NCBI GenBank assembly: GCA_965197885.1
Contig: OZ240231.1
Coordinates: 845,501-909,500, forward strand
Length of the DNA: 64,000 bases
Source of the DNA: Thermodesulfobacteriota bacterium
GTDB taxonomy: Bacteria; Desulfobacterota_D; UBA1144; Nemesobacterales; Nemesobacteraceae
Reading direction: 5' to 3'
Both the position numbers and the translations under genes were made by a program. Each line of letters begins with the position of its first letter. Within the stretch, counting starts at the first letter, position 1. The notes under the pieces are model-generated. The model was not told where the DNA came from. It did no database searches and was given only the letters and a program-made list of their open reading frames with translations. Positions 21,713 through 32,320 of the stretch are shown in pieces.

Positions 21713-22084
21713 CTACTTGGGCTTTTTGGCTCCGTACTTGGATCTTCCGTTTCTTCTGTTCTCAACTCCGGCCGAGTCAAGAGTTCCCCTCACTATGTGG
21801 TATCTCACTCCCGGAAGATCTTTCACCCTGCCACCCCTTACGAGCACAACTGAATGCTCCTGCAGGGTATGTCCTTCTCCGGGGATGTATCCCGTGATCT
21901 CTATGCCGTTTGTAAGCCTTATCCTGGCGACCTTCCTAAGTGCCGAGTTGGGTTTTTTCGGAGTGGTGGTGTAAACCCTCACGCAAACCCCCCTTCTCTG
22001 GGGACATCTCTGAAGAGCCCTGGCCTTGCTTTTCTTCTTGACCGACTCTCTTCCCTTGCTGAGCAACTGACTTATCGTAGGCAT
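21713..22084 (-). CDS. rpsL: 30S ribosomal protein S12
   Basis: 123 aa. [14 protein letters not shown]-terminus and ...[19 protein letters not shown]. Confidence 0.98.
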   Translation of the reverse strand: MPTISQLLSKGRESVKKKSKARALQRCPQRRGVCVRVYTTTPKKPNSALRKVARIRLTNGIEITGYIPGEGHTLQEHSVVLVRGGRVKDLPGVRYHIVRGTLDSAGVENRRNGRSKYGAKKPK

Positions 22085-22120
22085 AAAAACATCCTCTCCC
22101 GAAATTTGGGTAATCCGATC

Positions 22121-22150
22121 ATTATAAGCCTAATAATGGATCAATGTCAA
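22121..22150 (-). promoter_or_regulatory. consensus sigma70 promoter upstream of rpsL (-35 TTGACA at 22145-22150, 18-nt spacer, -10 TATAAT at 22121-22126, minus strand)
   Basis: Read directly: the minus strand shows TTGACAttgatccattattaggctTATAATgatcgg. GGAGAGGA lies ~8 nt before the rpsL ATG. This is the only substantial intergenic space before the 19-kb gene-dense ribosomal block. Confidence 0.6.
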
Positions 22151-22295
22151 ATGGGTGAACTGAAAAAAAAACGCTAAAGACCCAAATCAAGGGAAGGACT
22201 ATCTTACAGAAAGAAAATAGGTTTTCAACAGAAAAATTCGAGTGGGGAAAAAATTATAAACTTAGACTCCTCAGGCGTGATATACCCAAGACATA

Positions 22296-23576
22296 TCAAC
22301 CACCAATACGCAAAAGCGCCTTTTTCCCTATATCAGTCCTGTAGACCAGATTTTCATCGAAAATGGAACCAACTGCCTGGTATGCCCTCAGTATCGATTC
22401 CTCTATAGTATCGCCAAGAGAAGTGACTCCGAGAACCCTTCCGCCACTTGTAACCAGCTCGTCTCCAGAAAAAGCGGTTCCGGCGTGAAAAACCACTGTC
22501 TCGCGGGTGTCGGTGAAGTCCTTGAGTCTTTTAAGCTCAACCCCCTTGTCGTAGCTTCCGGGGTAGCCTTTTGAAGCCATGACGACGCAGACGCAGAATC
22601 CGTCTTTCCACTCTATCGGATCGGTTTTCATCTCGCTGCGGGCTATTGAATGAAGAATGGGGACTATATCCGATTCCATTCTCATAAGAAGCGGCTGGGC
22701 TTCGGGATCGCCGAAGCGGCAGTTAAATTCAAGCACCTTAAAGCTTTCGTCTTTTATCATCAATCCGGCGTAGAGAACTCCCCTGTAAGTTCTGCCCTCG
22801 GATTTCATCGCGCGCACGGTCGGAACCATTACCTCGTCGATTATTCTCTGCCTTAGCCGATCGTTTACAACAGGAGCGGGAGTGTAGGCTCCCATGCCTC
22901 CCGTGTTCGGCCCCTTGTCCCCGTCAAAAATGGGCTTGTGGTCTTGAGAAGGCTCAAGCGGAAGTACGTTTTCCCCGTCGGTCAAGGCAAAAAAGGAGGC
23001 CTCCTCACCCGTAAGAAATTCCTCTATTACAACCTTCTCCCCTGCCTCGCCGAACGCTCCGCGCTCCATCATGGAGCGAACCGCGTCTTCTCCTTCCTCG
23101 CGGGAGCGGCATATGATAACCCCCTTGCCGGCGGCAAGGCCGTCGGCCTTCACCACGAAGGGAGGTTTGGTTTCCCCCGCCTTGGCAAGCGCTTGCTCGA
23201 TATCGGTAAAAACTGAATATTCCCCTGTCGGAATGGCATATTTTTTCATCAGATTTTTTGAGAAAGTTTTGCTTCCTTCAAGTTCCGCGGCGGCTTTTGA
23301 GGGACCGAAAATCAAAAGCCCTTCTTTTTCAAAAAAATCGGTTATCCCTTCGCAAAGAGGCTGCTCGGGGCCAACGACCGTAAGGTCAACGGTCTCTTTT
23401 TTCACGAACTGCGCAAGCGAATCGAAGTCTCCCACACCGATATCCAGACACTCGGCGTGGCGGCTTATCCCGGCGTTTCCGGGAGCGCAGTAGGTTTTCT
23501 CCACAAGAGGACTCTGGCTTATTTTCCAGCAGAGGGCATGCTCCCTTCCGCCTCCTCCAACAACAAGTACCTTCAT
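22296..23576 (-). CDS. purD: phosphoribosylamine-glycine ligase
   Basis: 426 aa. MKVLVVGGGGREHAL N-terminus. ATP-grasp motifs. Confidence 0.93.
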   Translation of the reverse strand: MKVLVVGGGGREHALCWKISQSPLVEKTYCAPGNAGISRHAECLDIGVGDFDSLAQFVKKETVDLTVVGPEQPLCEGITDFFEKEGLLIFGPSKAAAELEGSKTFSKNLMKKYAIPTGEYSVFTDIEQALAKAGETKPPFVVKADGLAAGKGVIICRSREEGEDAVRSMMERGAFGEAGEKVVIEEFLTGEEASFFALTDGENVLPLEPSQDHKPIFDGDKGPNTGGMGAYTPAPVVNDRLRQRIIDEVMVPTVRAMKSEGRTYRGVLYAGLMIKDESFKVLEFNCRFGDPEAQPLLMRMESDIVPILHSIARSEMKTDPIEWKDGFCVCVVMASKGYPGSYDKGVELKRLKDFTDTRETVVFHAGTAFSGDELVTSGGRVLGVTSLGDTIEESILRAYQAVGSIFDENLVYRTDIGKKALLRIGG

Positions 23577-23626
23577 TTAAAATCTCTCACGAAATTTATA
23601 TCCTTGCGCCCCGCGACAGTGCGATA

Positions 23627-25456
23627 TTATTCAACCGTGACGACTTTGGCCAGATTCCTTGGCTGGTCCACATCCGTCCCCAGAATATTGGCGACATGGT
23701 AGGCCAGAAACTGCGTGGGGACAACTGAGACCATCGGACTTACAAGGTAAGAGCTTTTCGGAATCACTATCTTCCTGTCCCTCTCATCGGGAAGCTGCAG
23801 ATTCTCATCCGATGTTATGAAAATGATCCGCCCTCCCCTGGCTTTTACCTCCTGAAAATTCCCAAGGAGTTTTCTGTAGTATACGTCTTCTTCGGGCGCG
23901 ACAAACACGACGGGCATGTTTCTGTCTATAAGGGCTATGGGACCATGCTTCATCTCCCCGGCGGCATATCCTTCGGCGTGTATGTAGGAAATTTCCTTGA
24001 GTTTCAGCGCGCCTTCAAGAGCTACCGGGTAATTAATCCCCCTGCCAAGATAGATGAAGTTCCTGTAACCGTAAAAATCCCTCGAAAGATCTTTAAGTTC
24101 CCCGTCAAGCTCAAGGGTTTGCTGCTGGAGTTTCGAAACAGATACGGCATCGGCTACCAGTTGCCTCACCTTGTCGGAATCAATCGCCTTCCTTGAGATC
24201 GCAAGATATATGGAAAAAAGATAGAACGCCATAACCTGCGCCGTAAAGGATTTTGTGGAGGCAACACCGATCTCCGGACCCGCCTTTGTGGTTATGACGC
24301 AGTCAGACTCTCTTGAGATTTTGCTCAGTCTCACGTTCGTTATGCCGATGGAGTTCATCCCGAGATCCTTGGCCTTTAGAAGTGCTTCTGAGGTGTCCGC
24401 GGTCTCGCCCGACTGAGAAACCGCGACAAAAAGCGCGTCGGGACCGATAACGGGATTTCTGTACCGGAACTCAGAGGCAAGCTCCACCTGGGTGTTCACT
24501 CCGGCCACTTCCTCTATCATGTACTTTCCTATAAGGGAGGCATGGTAGGAAGTGCCGCAGGCCGCAATAATTATCCTTTGCGTTTTTCGCAGAAGGGAGG
24601 GGTCCATGTCCTCGAAAACCACTTCCCGCATGTCGGCTGTGAATTTCCCCCGAAGCGTATCGAAAATGGCCCGTGGCTGTTCGAAAATTTCTTTTAGCAT
24701 GTAATGGCGATAGCCCGATTTCTCAATTACCGAAGGGTCCCAGTCCACAACCGTCGGCGCTCTTTTAACCGCCTCGCCGGCCGCGTCGGTTATCGAGATG
24801 CCGTTTTCATCCAGAACCACGAAATCGTTATCCTCAAGAAAAACAAACTCTTTTGTGTAGGGCAGAATCGCGGGGATATCCGAAGCCAGAAAACATTCGT
24901 TTCCGCTGCGCGCTATTATGAGAGGGGAAAAACGCCTGGTGGCGATTATCTTCCCGGGTTCCGTATCCGACATGACCGCCACTGCGTAAGAGCCCTCCAC
25001 TTTTTCAAATGCTTTTCTTGTTGACTCGAGAAGAGAGTTTCCTTTCTCCGTAAAATCGCGGATCAGATGAGAAATGACCTCGGTGTCGGTATCGGAGCGG
25101 AATTCGTAACCGGCCGCGATAAGTTCCTCCTTGAGCTCGGGGTAGTTCTCCACTATGCCGTTGTGCACCACGCTTACCGGGCCCGATACCTGGGGGTGGG
25201 CGTTTCGCTCCGAAGGGTCGCCGTGGGTGGCCCATCTTGTGTGAGCGATGCCGAGAGAAGAAGTCATCTCGCAGTCTTTTAGTTTTGAGAGAAGGTTTTC
25301 GAGCTTCCCTTCGCTTCTTATGACGCGGGAACGGCCGTTTTCAACAAAGCATATGCCGGAAGAATCGTATCCCCTGTATTCAAGCCTTCCCAGGCTTTCG
25401 CAGAGAACGCTTTTTGTTCTCTTGGAACTGCCCACGTATCCGACTATTCCGCACAT
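23627..25456 (-). CDS. glmS: glutamine-fructose-6-phosphate aminotransferase (isomerizing)
   Basis: 609 aa. MCGIVGYVG N-terminal nucleophile. Two SIS domains. C-terminal ...AKVVTVE. Confidence 0.97.
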   Translation of the reverse strand: MCGIVGYVGSSKRTKSVLCESLGRLEYRGYDSSGICFVENGRSRVIRSEGKLENLLSKLKDCEMTSSLGIAHTRWATHGDPSERNAHPQVSGPVSVVHNGIVENYPELKEELIAAGYEFRSDTDTEVISHLIRDFTEKGNSLLESTRKAFEKVEGSYAVAVMSDTEPGKIIATRRFSPLIIARSGNECFLASDIPAILPYTKEFVFLEDNDFVVLDENGISITDAAGEAVKRAPTVVDWDPSVIEKSGYRHYMLKEIFEQPRAIFDTLRGKFTADMREVVFEDMDPSLLRKTQRIIIAACGTSYHASLIGKYMIEEVAGVNTQVELASEFRYRNPVIGPDALFVAVSQSGETADTSEALLKAKDLGMNSIGITNVRLSKISRESDCVITTKAGPEIGVASTKSFTAQVMAFYLFSIYLAISRKAIDSDKVRQLVADAVSVSKLQQQTLELDGELKDLSRDFYGYRNFIYLGRGINYPVALEGALKLKEISYIHAEGYAAGEMKHGPIALIDRNMPVVFVAPEEDVYYRKLLGNFQEVKARGGRIIFITSDENLQLPDERDRKIVIPKSSYLVSPMVSVVPTQFLAYHVANILGTDVDQPRNLAKVVTVE

Positions 25457-25457
25457 C

Positions 25458-26843
25458 TCAGGATTTCCCCTTCTTCGCTCTTTTTCTCTCCGCCCAGCCC
25501 TTTATTTCCTTCTGTACCGCGCGCTCTATCGCGAGAGCGCCCGAGGAAACGTCTTTTGTTACGGTGGAACCTGCCGCCGTAGTCGCGTCCTTTCCCACTT
25601 TTACAGGCGCAACCAGCATGGTGTCACTCCCTATGAAAGCGCCGTCTTCCACCACGGTTCTGTGCTTGTTCACGCCATCGTAGTTACAGGTGATGGTTCC
25701 CGCACCGATATTAACCCCGGCGCCGATATCGGCATCTCCCACGTAGGACAGATGGGGAACCTTGGAACCGACTCCTATTTCCGATTTTTTTATCTCAACG
25801 AAATTTCCGATCTTGGCTCCGCTTTTTATCCTGGCCTCGGGCCGCAGGTGACAGAAAGGCCCCATTACAACGCTGTCTTCGACTTCGCACCCCGTAAGAT
25901 ACGAAGAGAACCTTACCTCGACGTTATTTCCTATCAGTGAATCTTCAATGTATACGGATGGTCCTATTCTGCAGCCGTCCCCGATGCGAGCTTCGCCGTG
26001 GATATAAGTATTCGGATACACAGTCGTATCCTTACCTATGCTTACCGAGTCCGATATGTAAGTGGTTTCGGGATCTACTATTGTAACCCCGTTTTCCATG
26101 TGTCGGCGGTTTATCGCGCGTCTTACGGTTTTTTCCGCTTCGCCGAGCTGTTCTCTGCTGTTCACTCCAGACACCTCCTTTGGATCTGCCAGCGTAAAAG
26201 CCAGAAGCCTGCGTTTACGGGAAACGCAGAGATTTATGATTCCGGGCAGGTAATACTCTCCCTGGCTGTTTTCCCTGTCGAGTCCGCCCAGGCTTTCCCA
26301 GAGAAAAGAGGAATTCACGCAGTAAATTCCGGCATTTATTTCTTTTTCTTTTTTCTCGTCCGCAGTGGCGTCTTTATCCTCCACTATGCGAAGTACTTCC
26401 CCTCCGGCATTCCTCAACACCCTTCCGTATCCGCCGGGGTCTTCGACCACTGTGGATATGAACGAAACATCCGTCCCGTTTTTCACGTGGGAATCCGTAA
26501 ATTCACGCAGAGTAGAAATGCCCGTCGCGGGGACATCTCCGCTCAGTATAAGAATATCTCCCGAAAAATCCCGGAGAGCACCCTCACAGCACGAAACCGC
26601 GTGCCCCGTTCCAAGCTGCGGCTCCTGAATTACCGTCTTCACCGGGTAATCGGAAACCGTCTCTCTCACAAGCTCAGAGTCATGCCCCAGAACAAGTACG
26701 ATTCTATCAGGTTCCATCTCTTGAGCCACATCCAGAACATAGTGCAGCATGGGTTTTTTGAGGATGGGGTGGAGCACCTTGGGAAGTTCCGAATTCATGC
26801 GGACTCCCTTGCCCGCCGCCAGAATTATAACGGCCAGAGACAT
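25458..26843 (-). CDS. glmU: bifunctional UDP-N-acetylglucosamine pyrophosphorylase / glucosamine-1-phosphate N-acetyltransferase
   Basis: 461 aa. LAAGKGVRMNSELPKVLH N-terminal nucleotidyltransferase. C-terminal left-handed beta-helix hexapeptide repeats. Confidence 0.95.
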   Translation of the reverse strand: MSLAVIILAAGKGVRMNSELPKVLHPILKKPMLHYVLDVAQEMEPDRIVLVLGHDSELVRETVSDYPVKTVIQEPQLGTGHAVSCCEGALRDFSGDILILSGDVPATGISTLREFTDSHVKNGTDVSFISTVVEDPGGYGRVLRNAGGEVLRIVEDKDATADEKKEKEINAGIYCVNSSFLWESLGGLDRENSQGEYYLPGIINLCVSRKRRLLAFTLADPKEVSGVNSREQLGEAEKTVRRAINRRHMENGVTIVDPETTYISDSVSIGKDTTVYPNTYIHGEARIGDGCRIGPSVYIEDSLIGNNVEVRFSSYLTGCEVEDSVVMGPFCHLRPEARIKSGAKIGNFVEIKKSEIGVGSKVPHLSYVGDADIGAGVNIGAGTITCNYDGVNKHRTVVEDGAFIGSDTMLVAPVKVGKDATTAAGSTVTKDVSSGALAIERAVQKEIKGWAERKRAKKGKS

Positions 26844-26876
26844 AATCTTATTGTGTGTCAGTAAAAGCCAAAAGAA

Positions 26877-27305
26877 TCAGAACGGAACGTCGTCGTCAGT
26901 GAGGCCGGCGCCCTCTTCGTAGGCGAAATCATCTTCAGCGGGGGGCGCTCCGCCGCCTTTCCTTCCGCTCTCCCCTCTAGGGGAGAGAAACTGCACGGTT
27001 CTTCCCACAATCTCGGTCGTATATCTTTTGTTGCCTTCCCTGTCGTCCCATGAGCGGGTTCTCAGATGACCCTCCACGTAAACGGAACTTCCCTTGGAAA
27101 GATACTCGCCGCACACTTCCCCGAGCCTGTCAAACACCACTACCCTGTGCCACTCGGTGCGTTCCTGGGAGTTTCCGTCCTTATCCCTCCATTTTTCCGT
27201 TGTAGCAACCGAGAAATTGGTGACCGCCTTTCCATCCGACGTATACCTTACTTCCGGGTCTCTTCCCAGATTGCCGAGTATTATAGCCTTGTTAACTGCT
27301 GCCAT
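26877..27305 (-). CDS. ssb: single-stranded DNA-binding protein
   Basis: 142 aa. OB fold [18 protein letters not shown]. Acidic tail ending DDDVPF. Confidence 0.95.
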   Translation of the reverse strand: MAAVNKAIILGNLGRDPEVRYTSDGKAVTNFSVATTEKWRDKDGNSQERTEWHRVVVFDRLGEVCGEYLSKGSSVYVEGHLRTRSWDDREGNKRYTTEIVGRTVQFLSPRGESGRKGGGAPPAEDDFAYEEGAGLTDDDVPF

Positions 27306-27371
27306 GAGTCTTAATCACCGCCGTTTTTGGATATTGCAGAAATTTACATGATCGTTAGGGAGATTTAAATA

Positions 27372-27968
27372 TCATTTCGTGAAACATCCTGAAGTTTTCT
27401 TGAAGAATTCGTTAAGTATTCTCCCCGTAAGCCCCCATATTATGTGATTGCGGTAAGCAAACACGTGATCATCTATCACCTTTCCGTCCCGCTTTCTTTC
27501 CCTCACGTCCTGATTTTTGGGGTTAACTAGATGTGAAACGGGGACGCAGAAAAATTCCGATACTTCGTAATTGGGAACAAACTCCACTTCACCATCTATC
27601 ATGGCTACAAAAGGCTTTACCGCATACCGCCTGACAGAAGGGGTGTAGGGACGCACAAAATCCATTTCCCCGAGAATTTCTACTTCTTTCCAGGTATCAA
27701 AACCAAGTTCCTCTCCAGCTTCCCTAAAAGCCGTATCAAGAAGAGTCGCATCATCTTGTTTTTTCTTTCCGCCCGGGAAGGCGACGTGTCCCGAGAAGGC
27801 GTCATCCTTGTATTCGGTCCTTCTTATAAACCATATTCCATAATCTCCACTCCGCTCGCAGAGCATAACCAACACGGCGGATGCCAGAAGTCCCTTGCCG
27901 GGATCAAGGGAGGTTCCCGGAGGATCAAAGTTTCTTCTTATTTCTTCTCTTATGTTCATCGCATCCAT
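27372..27968 (-). CDS. NUDIX hydrolase, CoA pyrophosphatase-like
   Basis: 198 aa. Nudix box GGKKKQDDATLLDTAFREAGEELGF (Gx5Ex7REUxEExGU). Confidence 0.75.
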   Translation of the reverse strand: MDAMNIREEIRRNFDPPGTSLDPGKGLLASAVLVMLCERSGDYGIWFIRRTEYKDDAFSGHVAFPGGKKKQDDATLLDTAFREAGEELGFDTWKEVEILGEMDFVRPYTPSVRRYAVKPFVAMIDGEVEFVPNYEVSEFFCVPVSHLVNPKNQDVRERKRDGKVIDDHVFAYRNHIIWGLTGRILNEFFKKTSGCFTK

Positions 27969-27980
27969 AGAGAAAAGCTC

Positions 27981-29927
27981 TTACGAAGAGACGGTTACAA
28001 TAACGCTTCCGTATTCGTCCACTTCGCAGACGGTCTCAGGAGGAATAAAAGCAGTCGCGGTTCTCTCGTAAAGAATGCAGGGACCTTCGAATCGAAAACC
28101 CGGTCGGAGCTTTTCTCTTTCCCAGCACCTGGCCTTTATTTTTCTGCCCTCAAACATCACCTCTTTTATGAAAAACCGCGGTTCCGGACCTCCGCCAGGG
28201 GCGGGAAGAATTTTTATCTTGCGACCGGGAATATAGGCCCTGAGCCTCAGGGTCACGATCTCTACGACGGAAGACTCCTTCATATACCCGTACACCCTTT
28301 CGTGCTCGCGGTGAAAATCTGAAGCTATGGAATCGCTGTAGGGAATCGTAAGTTCATGGGACTGTCTTCGGTACCTGGCGTCAACATGTTTTTCGAACCT
28401 GAGGTCTTCCCTTTCGAGATCCGCCCGCGCAACCTTCTCGAGTTCCGCGAATTTTCGATCCGTCCCTTGGATATGGTCATCATCCGCCTGGGAAAAAAAC
28501 GTAACTCCGTAATCCTTGAAGGAATCGGCAAGAAGCATACCGTAAGCGGAAAGCGCCCCGGGAGTCCTTGGGAAAACAACTTCCCGGATGCCCAAGGAAC
28601 GGGCAAGGTCGCAGGCGTGAAGACCTCCCGCGCCTCCGAACGAAACGAGTGAAAATTCCCTAGGATCGTAGCCCCTCCCGACCGATATCACGCGAAGCGC
28701 TTTTTCCATGTTTGAATTCGAAATTCTGACTACAGATTCCGCGATTTCTTCCGCAGGGTGACCCGGGGCAAGCGAGCGAAGCGCTTCAAAGGATCTCTCG
28801 GGGTGTATTTTCATCTCGCCGCCCAGAAACCAGCCGGGATCCATTCTGCCAAGAACTATATTCGCGTCCGTTACGGTCGGCAAAACACCTTTTCCGTAAC
28901 ACGCCGGGCCCGGATCAGCACCGGCGCTGCGCGGTCCTACCTTCAGGATTCCCCCCTCGGCGATGTAAGCAATTGAACCACCCCCGGCCCCTATGGTTGA
29001 GATGTTTATCATCGGCACCTTGATTGCGGCACCGCCCAAGGTGTTTTCGGTCGTAAAGCTTATTTTGCCGTCGCAAAGAGATATGTCGGTTGAGGTTCCT
29101 CCCATGTCGTAGGTAATGATCTTCTTTCTCCCGGAGAGCGCGCATATCTCAAAAGCCCCGACCACTCCTCCAGCGGGACCGGAGAGAACTATTTTCGCAG
29201 GCCCCTCGGCCGCCTGCTCGGCGGATATAACCCCGCCGTTTGACTGCATGATGGAGAGCGATTTTCCCTTGAGGCGACGGGAAAGCGAGCGCATGTATTC
29301 GCTCACTTTAGGAATCAGGTAGGAATTCAGAACAGTTGTCGAAGTCCTTTCATATTCCCTGAATTCCGCGACAAGTTCTGATGAGATGGTAATCGGGATA
29401 CCGAGCCTAGCGAGCACGGCTGCGACTGCGCGCTCATTTTCAGGATTCGCATACGAATGTAGAAAACAAACCGCTATCGCCTCAACACCTAGAGAAGATA
29501 TCTTCTCCATTATTTCCTCTATTTCAGCGTCATCGGGGGCAGCAAGTACACGTCCGAGGTAGTCCGTTCTCTCGGAAACGCCGAATCTGAGTTCTGAGGG
29601 AACAAGAGGAACGGCAGGGCTCCAGAGCAGGTCGTACAGTTTTTCCCTGTTCTGGCGCTTGATCTCTATTACATCTTCAAAACCCTTTGTGGTGACAAGG
29701 CAGGTCTTCGCCCCCTCCCGTTCCAAAAGAGCGTTTGTGGCCACGGTGGTTCCGTGGATAATTTCCGATATATGGGGAAACTCAACGGGATGGCTTTGAA
29801 GCCCATTGAGTACTGCTATCGAAGGGTCGCGGGGGGTGGAAGGAACCTTGTTTACCGATATTTCTTTTCCGTCGAAAAAAACAAAATCAGTAAACGTTCC
29901 TCCCGCGTCTATGCCTACCGAGAGCAT
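27981..29927 (-). CDS. hydantoinase A / N-methylhydantoinase A / acetone carboxylase beta-like protein (HyuA family)
   Basis: 648 aa. N-terminus MLSVGIDAGGTFTDFV (Hydant_A_N), then the hydantoinase_A ATPase region. Confidence 0.8.
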   Translation of the reverse strand: MLSVGIDAGGTFTDFVFFDGKEISVNKVPSTPRDPSIAVLNGLQSHPVEFPHISEIIHGTTVATNALLEREGAKTCLVTTKGFEDVIEIKRQNREKLYDLLWSPAVPLVPSELRFGVSERTDYLGRVLAAPDDAEIEEIMEKISSLGVEAIAVCFLHSYANPENERAVAAVLARLGIPITISSELVAEFREYERTSTTVLNSYLIPKVSEYMRSLSRRLKGKSLSIMQSNGGVISAEQAAEGPAKIVLSGPAGGVVGAFEICALSGRKKIITYDMGGTSTDISLCDGKISFTTENTLGGAAIKVPMINISTIGAGGGSIAYIAEGGILKVGPRSAGADPGPACYGKGVLPTVTDANIVLGRMDPGWFLGGEMKIHPERSFEALRSLAPGHPAEEIAESVVRISNSNMEKALRVISVGRGYDPREFSLVSFGGAGGLHACDLARSLGIREVVFPRTPGALSAYGMLLADSFKDYGVTFFSQADDDHIQGTDRKFAELEKVARADLEREDLRFEKHVDARYRRQSHELTIPYSDSIASDFHREHERVYGYMKESSVVEIVTLRLRAYIPGRKIKILPAPGGGPEPRFFIKEVMFEGRKIKARCWEREKLRPGFRFEGPCILYERTATAFIPPETVCEVDEYGSVIVTVSS

Positions 29928-29981
29928 AAAAGGATATTTACCTCACTGGCGGGTTAAAAACGAACGTGACTACGTGTGTAA

Positions 29982-30194
29982 TCAGTAATTGTCCCTGTCT
30001 CTGGGATATATAACGTTTACTTTTCCTTCAGCTATCTCTCTTAACGCCGAAACGACATGCTTGTTGTCGTCGTTTTCGGATGCCACAACAGTAGCTCCCT
30101 TGGATATCTGGCTTGCTCTTTTCATCGCAGCGATGGAAAGAGCAAATCTGTTCTCAACTTTCTCTAAGCAGTCTTCAATCGTAATTCTAGCCAT
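29982..30194 (-). CDS. rpoZ: DNA-directed RNA polymerase omega subunit
   Basis: 70 aa. [30 protein letters not shown]. Confidence 0.9.
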   Translation of the reverse strand: MARITIEDCLEKVENRFALSIAAMKRASQISKGATVVASENDDNKHVVSALREIAEGKVNVIYPRDRDNY

Positions 30195-30589
30195 AGGTTT
30201 TTACCTTCCTGATAATACCAAGATTAAACTCTGAGTTCATTAAAAACGGTTTAAACACGCAACATCCAATATCATCCGACTTTTCGCAGGTCTGTCAATG
30301 GAATCCCGTCTTGCACTATGTTTCAAAGTGGTTCCACTGAACTCAAGATAGGCCCGTTCAACGACCACGTACACATCTCCACATACAAAAAAAGGGAAGT
30401 ATACCAAAAGACCTTCGTCCGTAGAAGTAAGGGCGGCTGAAGAAATCCGTATTGATAAAAAAACCGTCCAGATGCCGACTGCTCCTCTTAATGAATTAAA
30501 AAGACCCTCTCAGGAGAATTCGTTTTATACTTTTGATCGGTCTTTCCACAAAAATACAAGATGGGAGGGAAAGTACTATCAAAAACAAT

Positions 30590-32320
30590 TTAATTATCAA
30601 CAGGAGCCAGTTTACGTTCATCTGCGCCGGGAAGCACTATGAGCATCTTGGAAGCGGAGGTCTTTTCGTTGAACTCCGGTTGAGCGACGGTATCCACATA
30701 TATCCATTCAGAATGAGCCTCTTGCGGAGTGAAGGTCACAACTAGGTAACCACGGTCTTTTGTGTTTGAATAAACAAGATCATCAATCAGCACCTCTAAG
30801 TCCCGGGCAAACTCTTCAGCCTGTCGCGGTTTAAGTTTCAGATAAGTCTCAAGACCTCCCGAAGACACAGATGCGGTGGCAAACTCAACGCCTATTTGGT
30901 TACCATTAGCGTCCTTGAGATTATTTGCCCATCCGTTGTGCGTATCCCCGGCTAGCACCACCAGGTTTTTGTCCGCGCTGTAAGCCGCCCCCAGTACCGC
31001 TTCGCGTTCCGCAGGGTAACCGTCCCATGCGTCAAGATTATAGGGAAGCACCGTATTTATACGATCCCGCTCATCCCGAGTCACAGAAGGATCGTCTCGA
31101 AGCAACCGGGCCTTAATCTCGGTCAGTTGATCAACAAGATCCGCGACCGCAGGCGTCCGATCACCTAGGTCGGGGATTATCTCAGCGGGAATATTCATTC
31201 TGCCCATAAGCACCTGCTGACCCAGAACCTGCCAGGTGGCGGTTGAAGCGGCTAGTTTCTCCTGAAGCCATGCAAGCTGATCCTGGCCGAGAAGTGAGCG
31301 GTTCTGTGAACCGATCTCTTCACGGAACCGTAGCCCGTCAAAACCGGTATTCGGGTCGAAATAATCTTTGTAGCTAAGCTGTTTGTCCCTCCCGGCAAGG
31401 CGGGTATCGAGCATGAAAAGCTCAACAAGGTTTCCAAAGGAAAAACTGCGGTAGATCCGTTCAGAATAATTCTTGTTTACGGAACGAACGGGCATCCACT
31501 CGTAATAGGCCCGAAGCGCAGCTTTTTTGCGCGCGTCGAAACTGCCTTCACTTTCATCATGGTTCTGGGCGCCTCCAGCATAAGCGTCGTTTGCGATCTC
31601 GTGATCGTCCCAGACGGTAATGAAAGGATGTGCGGCGTGAAGAGCCTGAAGCTGCGGGTCGGTCCTGTATAGCGCGTAACGCCTTCGGTAATCATCAAGC
31701 GTCAGGATCTCCTTATCGCTGTATTCCGGAAAATCCCTGCCGGTTTCTTCCGAATCATCGGTTCCGGGACCCGGCCTCCTGCCGTACTCATAGATATAAT
31801 CGCCTAGGTGAACGACGGCATCCACGCTGGCCGTCGCCGCCGCGTGACCGTAAACGTTAAAGTAACCGCCATGGGAGGTGGGATAGTTAGCGCATGAGAA
31901 CACCGCCAGTCTAACTGAGTCCACATCGCCCCGCGGCAAAGTCTTAGTACGGCCGACAACGGATGTAGCTTCACCTGAGCGGAACCGGTAGTAATAAACA
32001 GTTCCGGCAGAAAGACCCTTAACATCAATTTTTACGGTGTAATCACTTTTGGCCGTGGCGGTCTTAACCGAGCTGTGAATGAGGCTTTTGAACTTCCCGT
32101 CCGCAGAAACCTCAACTCTGACCCTGACTCTTTTCTTAGATGTTCGCGGAGTAACTCTTGTCCAGACAACAACTCTGTCGGCCAAGGGATCGCCGCTTGC
32201 GACGCCGTGATCAAAACTGACATGCCCCGAATCGTCGTATAACGTAAAACCTATAGCGACAAGCAAAGCGACAAAGAACAAAACCGCTAAAGCATGAAAG
32301 AGCTGTTTTCTCGAAAACAC
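30590..32320 (-). CDS. phoD: PhoD-family alkaline phosphatase/phosphodiesterase, N-terminal membrane anchor
   Basis: 576 aa. Contains GVASGDPLADRVVVWTRV, YYYRFRSGEATS, FSCANYP and VHLGDYIYEYG (PhoD N-terminal and metallophosphatase motifs). Confidence 0.85.
   Translation of the reverse strand: MFSRKQLFHALAVLFFVALLVAIGFTLYDDSGHVSFDHGVASGDPLADRVVVWTRVTPRTSKKRVRVRVEVSADGKFKSLIHSSVKTATAKSDYTVKIDVKGLSAGTVYYYRFRSGEATSVVGRTKTLPRGDVDSVRLAVFSCANYPTSHGGYFNVYGHAAATASVDAVVHLGDYIYEYGRRPGPGTDDSEETGRDFPEYSDKEILTLDDYRRRYALYRTDPQLQALHAAHPFITVWDDHEIANDAYAGGAQNHDESEGSFDARKKAALRAYYEWMPVRSVNKNYSERIYRSFSFGNLVELFMLDTRLAGRDKQLSYKDYFDPNTGFDGLRFREEIGSQNRSLLGQDQLAWLQEKLAASTATWQVLGQQVLMGRMNIPAEIIPDLGDRTPAVADLVDQLTEIKARLLRDDPSVTRDERDRINTVLPYNLDAWDGYPAEREAVLGAAYSADKNLVVLAGDTHNGWANNLKDANGNQIGVEFATASVSSGGLETYLKLKPRQAEEFARDLEVLIDDLVYSNTKDRGYLVVTFTPQEAHSEWIYVDTVAQPEFNEKTSASKMLIVLPGADERKLAPVDN

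Noticed and set aside
25998-26864. 288-aa plus-strand ORF and several 80-230-aa ORFs antisense to glmU/glmS
   Set aside because: They overlap strongly conserved glmU/glmS on the opposite strand. No domain signatures.
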